Positions 37,725-49,850 of a stretch of DNA of 64,000 nucleotides are shown piece by piece. The notes beneath the pieces were generated by a model. That model did no database searches. It was given only the letters and a program-made list of their open reading frames with translations, and had not been told where the DNA came from. This DNA comes from Lytechinus pictus. Its lineage: Eukaryota. The stretch lies in assembly GCF_037042905.1 (NCBI RefSeq), contig NC_087245.1, positions 15,068,001 through 15,132,000 of the forward strand. Direction: 5' to 3'. The position numbers were made by a program, and so were the translations under genes. Each line of letters begins with the position of its first letter. Position 1 is the stretch's first letter.

Positions 37725-40029
37725 TAATGTTGATTTCATTAGATTGGGGGTCAACAGGTAAAAAGTCAAAGCCAGGTGGTAGAAAGTAAAGACTTCTGAA
37801 TCATCTGAAGACTCAATAAATTGTGAGAATGAACAAATTAGTTTCTGGTTACAAGGTGAAAGTTCTCATCAATATACATTTATATAGCCTTCAAATCAGC
37901 CAGTGAAACTTGTGCCATTATACAGCATCATTATAAAGTAATTGGTTATCAGTATCAGGGGCCCGCTTTATAAAAAAAAATCAACAAGTATTATAAAAGT
38001 CATAAAATTGTTATGTTAAAGAAAAATCCAACACAAATATTTTTTAGAGGAAAATCAGACAACATGATAGGTGAAATATCGGTCAAACATTAAAGGTTAT
38101 GAATTTTTAAAAGTTGTAAAAATTGGTAATCACTATACCTATGGACACTTTCAATTTGCTGCATTGATGATGTCATAACGATGTATTAAAGGTCGTGACT
38201 ATATTCCATTTACTCCAATACATAAAGAGGCTATGATGTCATTTATTGAAAACTTTTACTTGAAGTTGTAATTTTCTTTCATAAGGTTATAAAACAATAT
38301 GCTTCCTATTTTATATTGTGATTACTGCTCCATGGCCAGTGGAAAAGTTGTCCCTACCACTTATCAGAATTTCCTTTCTCAGTTGCCAATAATACAGGTG
38401 TTTCTAAGCGCTCAGTTTTCTGCCTATCAACTATACCGGGGAAAATAAAGATGTAATCTTAATAAATTAAAAACAAAATAAACAAGTTTACATAATCTTA
38501 GGGTTCTTTATTTTAAAACAGCCATAACTTTGTTATTGTTTTCGATTTCTTTCAAACTTCTGTTTTTTCCTATTTCTCTCTTCTCACACATTTTTTTTTA
38601 CCAAGTTTGGATTCTTCTTTACTGTTAATTATCAAGGGTTCTGATTATTTAACATAATGACAAGGTTATAGTCACAAGTCTTTCTGAAAATGTGTCCAAG
38701 AAAATAAAGAGCCATGAAAAAGATAGTACATGTATATTAATTGTCCATTTTTTTTAACACATCCAGAAAAGGGGGCTCTGATACATGACATAACTAGATA
38801 GCATGGCACTAACCTTCAACATTACTCTTTGAAAGGCTTGAAGCTCAAGACAACATCAATCAATATGTAACTCCTAAAGCTGAAAGGCCCACTTTTATCT
38901 TTCATCTTATGAATGAACGATGAATATGATAGGTAGTAATTATTACATTTGATTAATTTGCACTTTCATGAAATATGCGGATATTACTTATTGGAATGGG
39001 ACAAAAACATAAGTATATTTCACATTATAAAGATTTTTTTACACCAATAACAGAGACAAATAAAAAATGGTTAGATCACTGACAAGTTTTTGAACAATTT
39101 ATTGAATGGATCATGATCAATGGAGCTTTCATTAATCATTTTATTAGTGAGTTTAATTGACAATTGCATCTGATTGGCTGAGAGCAAGATACACTGTACC
39201 TCCTGAAATGATGGGTGATGGGTTGTTTTGATACAGTGTGAGTTATATCCCACCGATGCCACCACAATTAAGGGAAAATGAAGGGGGAACTGACCACGAT
39301 GGAAGTCAGTTGCATGATGGGTGATTCTCTTCCATATGCCCATCATACAGCGATCTTCTATTGTAGATGATAAATATATCTATTCATAAATAAATAGAAA
39401 TGAATTGGGAATTTTGGTTTCAAAAACCTGTGATGACCATCTAGCTCACTTTTGTTGTAAAAGAGGAATATTTTGATAAAATTTGTATGCATGTACAGTA
39501 GTTTTTTTTTCTTGACAAAGAATGCGAAGATGCAGTTATTTCGTATAAAGCTAGTATAGGTCTATAAATTATGAGATATTGCATATTCTTTGGAGTATAT
39601 TTGCTGATAGGCCTATACTTTTCCATACTAGTAGTGGGACAATTAATGTGTTGATGCTGAAGCTGCCACATTCCCTTTGTAATTCTATTGACAGCTTCCT
39701 GAATAATTAAAACGAAATATTCATGCCAAATGAATGAAGTTTATTAATAAATTCAAACAAGAAAACCTGAATAATCTTGTCAATTACCATTTGTTAGGGT
39801 AGTGGGGGTAACTAATGAGCGTACCGACCCCTTTCATTTTCTTGGGTTTCTTTTGCTCAAATTATTTGTCTCCCGTGTGATTGTACAATTCCCATTTGAT
39901 AAGTTTATCATAAGAAATCTTGAAGCTTCCATCTTCCCAGAGCTACTACTCTAACCCAAGTACCGTAATTCTTCCATTTTTGGAAACCCCTTCCAATTTA
40001 TTCTCAGTGCTTGCTGTTGGATTTCTTGG

Positions 40030-40800
40030 GGTGTGGATGCCAAGCTCAAGCGTCACACACACACAAATCGATGCCGCGGTGTATATCACGTGATTATATA
40101 TGTTGCATTCGAGGATTGGGATTGGAATGAGATTCGTGGACGTCCGAAGAGCAAACCTAACGAGTGCCTAAAATACACGTTTTCGGATCGTGTAAGGCAG
40201 AGTAAGTATATAATAATACTTCTGAGGACTTTTTAATTCTGTTGTCGGTGGTTTTTAATGGCATGAACATAGCATTTTCATGGTTTCCGCAAATAAATGA
40301 AATGATACCGAGAATATGTTTGGGGAGGCCGGTTGTGTTGATGACTGATAGTGATATCTTAAAACTGACGCAAATGTGCGTGGAATGATGTCTTGTTTAC
40401 GACTTTTCTCCGATTTTTGTAGGTAAAATAATTTTAATTGTGTTAGTCAGTGAGGTTGGTAAATTCATTAAGTCGTCTAATATTTTTCCTGGTACATTTT
40501 GTCCAAATTATCATTACAAAGAGAACTTTAAAAGCACATTCGGTAATCAGAGTAGACATTCGCACTGCAATGCAGCTAGGGGATTTTACCCCAATAGGAT
40601 ACACACGCGTCTCCGCATGTACACTCGACTCTCGCTGAACCAGCGTGTGTATGTTTGTATCCCAATCCATAGACATCGTGTATACAAATGACCTCCGCCC
40701 GAACTTGTGGGGGAAGGTAATGTGTGCGTTTCGGTGGAAGACGTGCCGTGTGCTTGTTTTGTTCCGAAAACTGCTGTACTCGTCAAAGTTCTAGCAGCAA
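40030..40800. promoter_or_regulatory. CpG-richer zone, candidate SETD2 promoter and first exon(s)
   Basis: Visibly more CpG than the flanks. TCACGTGA E-box at ~40087, CCGCCC at ~40695, + strand donors A|GTAAGT (40202) and AAG|GTAATG (40717). About 5 kb upstream of exon 45518. Confidence 0.4.
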
Positions 40801-42625
40801 ATTCAAACTCAAATCCCAATATGTTGAAATTCATTTAATTTCATGATTAACAGCACATTATTACAGTCTATTCTGATGTAATTTTTGTGAGTATTTTGAG
40901 GCTAGAAATCCAATTCAAGTTGTGTCAGTCTGGTGGTGCAGTGGTGGGATTTTGTGAAAAGGTTTATTTGCAAATGGCGATCGTCAATGCAATGAGCATG
41001 GCATTGTTGAAAGCCATTCGGTTTATATTGAATGTCTTGTACATGTAAGTGCTTTGCTGGATGAAATCTATTATAAATTCTATGACCATGTGATCTGATC
41101 CACCCCAAAATATTTGGATGATTCCAGAGATCCTGACTTTGGACATTTAAAAGTTGGAGCAGACTCAATTTTCAGTTAACCTTTTATACTGTATGGTGGT
41201 GTGACCTTATTCGTGCTTTACCTTATTTTGCGCACGGTCCAATATCTCGATATCTAATTAATATATTGTAAAACTGATAATCACCAACAGAAAAAGCGAC
41301 CCAAAATTACTAAGTATGGTATTTTTCTTGAAGGTAAGGTCTCGATTTGTGAAAATATTGGCATATTTTGTTACCTTTTGCATCTGCTCCGAGAAAATCC
41401 GAACTTCTTGACAAGCATCAAGAAATCGCCAGTTTGCAAGCGCAAGCAGAGGTATCCAAAAAAAGTAAGTCAAATGTTATACCAACGGAATTTATGGCAG
41501 TTTAACCCTCATCTGATACAATTATCTCACCTTTGTCTGATTTATTTTCTAAAGCTTTGCAAAATTTAGATCACACTTTTTCATGACACTTTCAGCCAAG
41601 TGCGCACTAGTCAATCGTCATGGAATTTTGAGATCACGATACCGGCGACACCCTTGGCCTACTTTATAATTCTGTCAAGCTAATTTGACTTTGGAATCTT
41701 GCCTTCCGTTTGGTATTCATGATTTTGATTATTTTTGTGTGAACCATGAGAAATTTTTGATTGAAAATCAACTTCATGATAATTTTTATAATGTGCGCAA
41801 ATTATGGTCCCCCATCATACTAAAGTGACCTTGTCAGTTTGATTCTGTTTTTGATAATATTGATCTGCATTTATTGATGTTAGGCTGAGCTTTGCTTTAA
41901 GTAATGATTTTACTGACTTTTTAAGAAATCTTTTAAAACTTCATATTAAAAATTTAGACCCTCCAAAGTCCAAGAGTCCAATATTTTTTCCCTTCAGATT
42001 TAATATACGGTTCTACGTGTTGAAATTGCGTGATCATGGCAACAAGAGTAAACTATCAAACACTCGGCAGTAGATCAGATTTGCCTATTGACAAACATGC
42101 TGTGCTCTGATTAGCTGACTAATTTTTATGTACGGGTGCAGATCCAGGAGGTGGTGGGAAGGGGTCGTTTATTTTTATTTTTTTGCTTGTCACATTTCTT
42201 CAGTAATTCATCCGGTAAATGTCAGACTCTGGATCTGCACAAGCCCTGGGGGCGTCGCAAAACACTTTTGTGTTCGGACTGCTGCAGTAAGATCCGTGCC
42301 TGCATGAATTTGGAAAATGATGCCAATCTCGGTTTGGCTTAGCATTAGGGTATCTGTGCCTACTAGAGGATTTCAATAGAACACTTGACAACAATACACA
42401 GGCTAATATGATGAACTTCATTGGATTTGGAATAAAACATCTTAAGCTTCCCCAAACACATCTATCACTATCCAATTCATTCACAGATAATGTGATTGGG
42501 TATGCCCTGAATGCAGGCAAAAATAATTTTTTAATTTTCAAATGCTACTTTTCACAACAGATTACTTAAATATGCAACATTGGATTAGCTTTAACATTGC
42601 AGTGAATGGGGAAATTCGGGGCTCA

Positions 42626-43814
42626 TTTTTGTCTCGCCTGCATAGCAGAGCGAGACTACAGGCACCGACGGCGGCGTCGTCAACATTGAAATCTTAACCT
42701 TGGTTAAGTTTTTGAAATGTCATTATAACTTAGAAAGTATATGGACCTAGTTCATGAAACTTGGACATAAGGGTAGTGAAGTATTACTGAACATCCTATA
42801 TGAGTTTCAGGTCACATGACCAAGGTCAAAGGTCATTTAGGGTCAATGAACTTAGACCATGTTGGGGGAATCTATATCAAAATCTTAACCAAGGATAAGT
42901 TTTTAAAATGTCATAACTTCAAAATTATATGGACCTAGTTCATAAAACTTAAACATAAGGGTAATAGTGTATCACTGAATATCCTGTCTGAGTTTCACGT
43001 CACATGATTAAGGTCAAAGGTCACTTAGGGTCAACAAACTTTGGCCATGGGGGGGTTATTTGAGGAATTGTCATAACTTTAGAAGTTTATGGATCTAGTT
43101 CATGAAACTTGGACATAAGAGCAACCATGTATTCCTGAATATCATGCGCGAGTTTCGGGTCACATGACAAAGGTCACTTAGAGTCAATGAACTTTGGCCA
43201 TATTGGGGGTATTTGAGGAATTCTCATCATAATTTTGAAATTTTATGGATCTAGTTCATGAAACTTGGACATAAGAGCAATCAAGTATCCTTGAACATCC
43301 TGTGCTAGATTCAGGTCACATCAAGGTCAGAGGTTATTTAGGGTGAGCAAACTTTGGTATTAATGTTAGGGATACATGTATTTGTGGAATTGTCATCATA
43401 ACTTTAAAAGTCTATGGATTTAGATCATGAAACTTGGATATAAGAGCAGCAATATATCCCTGAATACCCTGTGTGTGTTTCAGGAACATGGCCAAGATCA
43501 AAGGTCATTTAAAGGTCAATGAACTCTGGCCGTGTTGGGAGTATGTGTTGAATTGGCATAACTTCGGAAGTTTATGGTACTTGCTCATGAAACATCGACA
43601 TAAGGGTAATCAAGTATGAATGATTGTTTTGCACATGTCTTAGGTCACATGATCATGGTCAAAGGTCATTTTTGGTCAATGGACATAATATTTTATTATC
43701 ATATTAGTGTTTTCTTTTATGAATAATTATTCATTAGCTGTTTTTCAAAGGAAGCACTGCTGCTATATCGAATTGCGTAATGCAGGCGTGACTGCCAGAT
43801 GCGTCCCACTTGTT
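42626..43814 (+). mobile_element. HINE/Tsp-like element with ~120-bp tandem units
   Basis: TTTTTGTCTCGCCTGCAT...GCGAGAC 5' sub-TIR, cggcggcg microsatellite, repeated catgaaacttggacataag...ggtcaaaggtcattta units, 3' GCAGGCGTGAC...CTTGTT. Confidence 0.75.
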
Positions 43815-45616
43815 AATTTTCCATGCTATCTTTTAGGCTAAATCATGTTAGAAATTTTTCTTTCCAGATTTTCAATGCCCTACCGATGGAAAACCAGTAT
43901 CCCAACAGATGGATGTCAGAAATTTGAACATTTAAAAAAAAAATCAAGCATTGTTATTTTCCCAACAATTAATGCTGTGAATATTAGCATGATAATAGTG
44001 TAGGGTGTGATCTACATGTACAAGGCTGATGCTTAATTTTTCCAAGGCAAAGTAATATTATTTTTTTTACATGAGGTAATTATGCTAATTTATGCGTAAA
44101 TCATACTGTGTGCTCTAATTCAACAAAAAGAGCTAGAATGCTAATTTGTGGTGTCAATATTCTTTATATGATTGCTAACGATTACAAATGAAAAAAAATT
44201 AAGGTTTGAAAAAGAATTTCTTTTGTATTTTACTGTTTTATGAATTTCTTATGTATTTATTTGTTTTAGACCTTTTGTTTTTCTTTATTTTTTTCACCAA
44301 ATTTAGAGCAGAATCTTTTTGAAGCATAATTATTCTAAAATCAATTTATTTCAGCTGATGAACATAAAAATATTTTAATAAGATGAGAAAACTCATATTG
44401 ACTTTGTACACAAATTGGAGCAAATTTGGGTCTGCATAAATTTTCAACCGCATACCTGGGCATCATAAATTCGGTCTCAAAAGATGCGCAAGACTTCAAA
44501 GTAAAGTCAGCAAGTGAAACGGTAAAAAAATTTCACGCAGCGGAACAGTGGCAGAAAATGTCTAGGTGGGGTCGATTCCCACCCCCCCCCCCCCGGCAGT
44601 TTTAGGGTTAAAGATTAAATGCCAATATGCTGATATTGAGAAAATATCAACATTTTACCCTCGGACAGGATTTGCAGTCTTTACTGACATGAATTGTTTT
44701 GTTAAAACTTTGGAATGGGGAAATGTTACTACAATACAAACGTATTAGACAGATTCTGGTGTTCCAGAATCAGTGACTTGGTCGGGCCTAGTGACCTTAA
44801 TTGGATGATCCATCCATATCTCGGGTGAATTGATTAAAAAATGCCTCTTGTCTTTTAGTCAGGATTTTATAACGCTGGTATTTAATTTGTTATAAATCTA
44901 ACCTTAAATTCTAATTTCTAATTTATCATCAGATGAAAACAAAAAACCTCAATACTAGTGATCTAGAGTGTAATAATTTTCTAAAGTAAAATCAATAACC
45001 AAGCAGGTCCTTGACTTTTGAAAAGCTTTTTCCTAATAGATATTAAACCATATTTTTACATGGTACTGGTAGATTTCAGGAGGCAAACTTTGCATATAGT
45101 TTTGATCTACAATTGGACAATAATTCTTTGAAGGACCAATTCTGGAAAAGAAATGTTATGAGAGATTAGAGATGTAAACCAATTCAACAGTCAAATTCTA
45201 ATGAAGAATTGATGGGTGAAATGGATATGCCTATACTGCCTGGTCACTGCACTAAGTGCCCTTAAATGTACTTTTGGAATGTCGTCCAATAATGTACACA
45301 TTATCTTGATCATGAATGTCGCTTGAATTAAGAATGACAAAATAACATCTTTTTCACACAGGGCAGCCATGTCCTGCACTGGTATGGACACTTTGAAAGT
45401 TTTGTGAATGCCTTTGAATTTAATAGACATTCTTTGAAATTGAGATTTCCCCTCCTCTTTTTTTGAATCCCATGCTTCTTTTCAATCTTACTATTGTTAT
45501 TGTAATTTAATTTCCAGCTTGAGCCTGCTGCCTAAGGATGGTAATGTAGCAGGGGAGGATGAGCTGCATGACAGACTTAATCTTCTGATACAGGATACAG
45601 AAGCTGATAGATCACT

Positions 45617-45694
45617 ATGGAGCCTTTCAGAATAATTCCTACCAGGCGATGGCTGAGAAGCAGCAAGAAAGCCCAAGAGGTGAACGAAAAAGGG
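45617..45694 (+). CDS. SETD2: Probable first coding part of SETD2 (exon 45518-45694): MEPFRIIPTRRWLRSSKKAQEVNEKG
   Basis: Acceptor tttccag|45518 and donor GGG|GTGAGT at 45695. ATG 45617 has a strong context (actATGg) and follows an in-frame TAG. The exon ends in phase 0, matching the giant exon. Confidence 0.55.
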
Positions 45695-46489
45695 GTGAGT
45701 CCATGCATTTATGCAGCAGTGCTTCTGGAAATTTATGAAATGAGACTGAGTGAGTGAATAAATGTTTAAAAAAAGTCTGGTGTTTTAACTTCACAAAGAA
45801 GTGTCAATTTAACCTGCAATTTCACTTCTATCAACATTGATTTTTACCAGAGTGATGCCTGTTTGAACTCTGGCCAGAGTCCATAATGGTGATGTGTGCA
45901 AGGTCCATGTATAAGCCAACTGCAACAATAGCCTGATTTCATTAAGAAGTTGTGATTAGTTACTTTGGCACATGTAGCTCTTCCTGATTGACCATCATCA
46001 GACTCGGAGCACAGACAATATATTTCTGTGCATTCATCCTGCAGGCAGGAGTATGCACTTGTACAGTAGTCCATTTATTCAGTTACAGATAACACACGCA
46101 CGCACTCATTCAAGCAGTCCATGTTAATGTGCTTTTAATACAGTGCAAGATTGAATACAGTAGGCACCCCAGACACTACATGTACAAGTACCACTGTACC
46201 ACTTTATAGACATTCACCCTCCACTTGCATTAAAGTAGCAAACATATTCAAAGCATTTATGCAAACTAACAGATTTTAAAGGAATTTAAAACATACAAGC
46301 ATGACAAAATTTCATCAAAAAAGGTTATCAGAAATAACATGGTGATGGGCAGATGGGGAAAAAAATGGCACACTGCTGTCTACAGCAAACTAGTTCTGCA
46401 TTTGAATAATTGCAGTGTGTATTGCAGACTACATTTATTGAGTTTCCCCAGTTGACTCGACTGAGTATTGAGAGGCATTCTCAAATTCA

Positions 46490-47030
46490 TTTCATTTGGC
46501 TGCTATGCTTTTACTTGCCACTTTAACATTTGCTTGTGATGGAACATAAGCCACAAACATAAAAATTTGATCGAACTCCCTTGGTATAGATATAATGGGC
46601 ATTGTCGTACTAAAGCAATTCATACATGTAGTCAACGGTATTCTCTTTAATTGATCAGTTGTTTGCACTTGACTTGTTTGTATAAAAGCAAACATAAGCC
46701 ACCTCTACAGGTTATTCCAAATTTTGTAGATTTTTCTATTACTTCTCGTATTAAAGTTCAAACTTTCAAAGTATGTAATTTTTGCTCTGCCTGGAATGGC
46801 TGGGTGGAGTTGGGTCTCCTGGAAAAAAAGTAGGCTTGCTGCTCTGCACTCGTTGAGATACTGTGCATTTGCATGGTATCGATGTATTTTTCAAAAACAA
46901 TTGAAGGTACAAGTGTAACACTGGGATTTTGAGTCTGCGCCTTCATACTCTTGTCGTAGACCACCAGGCTTCCCTTACTTGCGTAGTGTTATTTCCTGCT
47001 AAAAGTTTTCATATTGGTTGGGTGATAAGG
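46490..47030 (-). pseudogene. Rex1/Babar- or L2-like LINE endonuclease relic
   Basis: Minus-strand TLVPSIVF..., RGGLC, PREFDQIFMFVAYVPSQANVKVA with frameshifts. Confidence 0.65.
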
Positions 47031-48961
47031 ACAGCAGCTCCGCCGTTTGTACACATATGAAATATTAGCTCATTTTGTGAGGTCAAAGTCAGAGGGCGGA
47101 TATGTCAGCTTGAAAAACCTTGTTAATAAGACAACCATCAGAAACAGGGTCCACTTGAAACTGGATGTAAGAATCCATTCCAGCACAACTTACAAAATTG
47201 CACATTTCCACAACGTACTGAAGTATGAAATGAAATCGCCTAAACCAGGAATACCAAAAAAAAGTAAGTGCTGTCCGCCGTGGTAATCACCACAATTCAA
47301 ACCTTAACTGTGTCGGATTTTACTGGTCAACAAAGAAGCACCCATTTTCTATTCTCTACAAGTTTATAAAAATATATGTAGTGATGGACATGGACCAATG
47401 TAATCTACCCAAGTCAAATATTATTAGGATTTCAGTCTGTTACATATATTTTTTTTCTATGTATACCTAAATTTTACTTTAGTTTACAAACACTGTTTGA
47501 TTTTGGGAAAATTTGACCTATGAAAAAAGAAAAAAGAGGTAAATAACTTGCTTTGCATAATATATTCTGATATTAATAAAGTGTTTTGATGGCTTGAGCA
47601 ACATATTTAGGTATTTAGTTGACTGCACATAAAATGGAGAGGGGGGGGGGGGGGGATAAAATATGGGTCAGGGACTTAAGATGAAATTTTATGACCCTTA
47701 TTTCCTCAGGGAACCTGGTGAGTTGTATTGGGATAATGAGAATAATGTCTGTTTTGTAGCAATTTGGGACACACTTGAATATATCTACATGTAGCAATGT
47801 TGTTCATGACCAAGGCTTTATTTAACATGCCTAGAAAATCCCACAAAAATCTTTATTGGATAAAATTCAACCTCTGCACCCCCTCCAACAAAAAAAGAAT
47901 GATGTACCAGTAGCCGGTAGGCCTATTTATGTACTTTATCTCCAGAAATATTTGAATTGCCATGAAAAATTTGGTATCACATTAACATGAATAATTTTAT
48001 CATGCTCTTAAATTAATTTTGAAAGGCATATCTTTTAATGCATTAAATTTTGAGATTTGTTGAAATACACCATGGGCACAATTTTGGCTAATATTGATTT
48101 CACATACATCACAGATATTTCATTACATACATGAAATTTCAGCTTTCTCGTGATAATTAGTCACATTAAGGCTTGTGTGCATTTGGGAGTGACAGAGATT
48201 TGATGCATGAATTTGCATCACAAATTGATTAGAAGTTTGCACTGTTTCGATAGTATTTAACAATGTTCTCTACAGTCCTATAAAAAAACCTGTGACACAA
48301 AGATGTTTTGTGTAACTATTTTTGAAATTTGCTTTGTATATTGCATTAGGATACCAGGAAATTGTTAAAATTTCGTTTTTACAATCCTTTAGATCCATAA
48401 TCAAAAGAGTGAAAATCTGATGAGATTATAAATCCATTGTTCTCATTAATTTAAAGTTATCGTATTTGGTTTTGATTAGATTGAAATGGTATCATTTTTT
48501 TGTTGTTGTTGACATTTTGAAAATTTGTAGTGTCTTTGCTGATGGATGGCCTGCGGTTTAATTTCAAATTCACGGGTGTAGTGGTAATAAGTGAACTTAA
48601 TATTTTTGGATCAGAAAATAAATAATATTATTCATGGTCTAAAACATAGTTTTCATATCACAGAATAAATTCAATGAGAATTGATCTTGCATTCACTTTA
48701 TTTAATTTTTTAAAAGCCATTATTGCTCAAATGTAAATTGCTTTATAACTCCTTTCTCTTTTAAAACCCTGAAATGGCATAATATGACATGCTTTCTAAG
48801 ATTGCCAGTTGACTGCAAGAACATTCTTGCTGCTTTGTTTTGTTTAAGTGTGGAAAATTCTATTTTATGTATATTCTAATATTTTGTGAAAGCTCAACCT
48901 ACATGTATTGAATACCTAGGAAGGGCAAACATATTTCAAGAGCATCTTTTAAAAGTAACAT

Positions 48962-49696
48962 TACAATTCTCGCTACCCCAAATAGCGATTTCGGCGAGAT
49001 CCAGGAAAATCCCTGCAACGCGCATTGCATTATGGGATAGCTTTTCGGTATTACAACTTCCTGTTCGGAAGTCCAATGCACTGTTTTGCCATTCAGATCA
49101 ACAGTGCCGTCACGCACAACAACACAACGTTGCTTTCGCTTTGAAAGTTCGTGATCACAACCCTCTCTTTCACGATACAGTTTAACGGCCTTTTCTGCTA
49201 AAGTCATTAATTCTGCCTGACGCTTTCCATTGCACGGTATTCCTCTGTCAGTTAAGATTTTTTTCAGTTCCGAAACTGATTTTTTATCCATTTTGTGGTC
49301 GACGAAAAATTGAACGGAATGAATGCTGTATATATTTAGTGTCTAGTCGAATACGATCGTGATGTCAGGCCGGTCGCTAAATGCAAAATTTTAAGATATT
49401 CATTTTTTGTTTACTTTTTTATAACCAAATAAAAACATTAATAAAAATTATTTTCACGTATTTTTATTTATAATTCAAATGGAATCAAAACTGACCAAAT
49501 TAAATAAAAAGTATTATAATTTGTACATGTTGCGCTGATTGGCATCGATTTCAGCGTGGTGGAAAACTTAGTATCGCGAACCTCGCGCGAGCATGACTCT
49601 GAACCGGAAGTGGTGATGACGACCCGACGGAGTGAAAATTATCTCGTCTCGCGCATTATGAGATTTTTGTTCCTATTTGGGGTAGCGAGAATTGCC
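48962..49696 (-). mobile_element. ISL2EU-like non-autonomous element carrying the 5' part of a SAP-domain ORF (ATG 49291)
   Basis: 22-bp TIR CAATTCTCGCTACCCCAAATAG, right end GCC|AT with AT on the left flank. ORF MDKKSVSELKKILTDRGIPCNGKRQAELMTL is SAP-like. Confidence 0.65.
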
Positions 49697-49850
49697 ATTG
49701 CACAGTGACAAATATAATTTGGTTTACTAAAATATTAAAAAATCTTGGTTATTTTTTGGCAATGCTTGTTTTTGTTCTTGTTTTGTCATGTCAAATTTTT
49801 CATTTGTGTTTTTGTCAAGAAATTCATGTGGCCTTTCCTTTCTATTTCAG

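Noticed and set aside
42700..43680. CRISPR-like or coding periodic array
   Set aside because: Contiguous degenerate tandem units with no unique spacers and no cas genes, in a eukaryotic context.
45649..45694. Alternative start MAEKQQESPRGERKR
   Set aside because: It ends in phase 1 and hits a stop within 9 codons after splicing to 49851. It would need an intervening exon that I did not find.
49788..49850. ATG 49788 as the SETD2 start
   Set aside because: The first 21 codons are a polypyrimidine tract and acceptor. The ORF tail 54534-54578 is likewise intronic.
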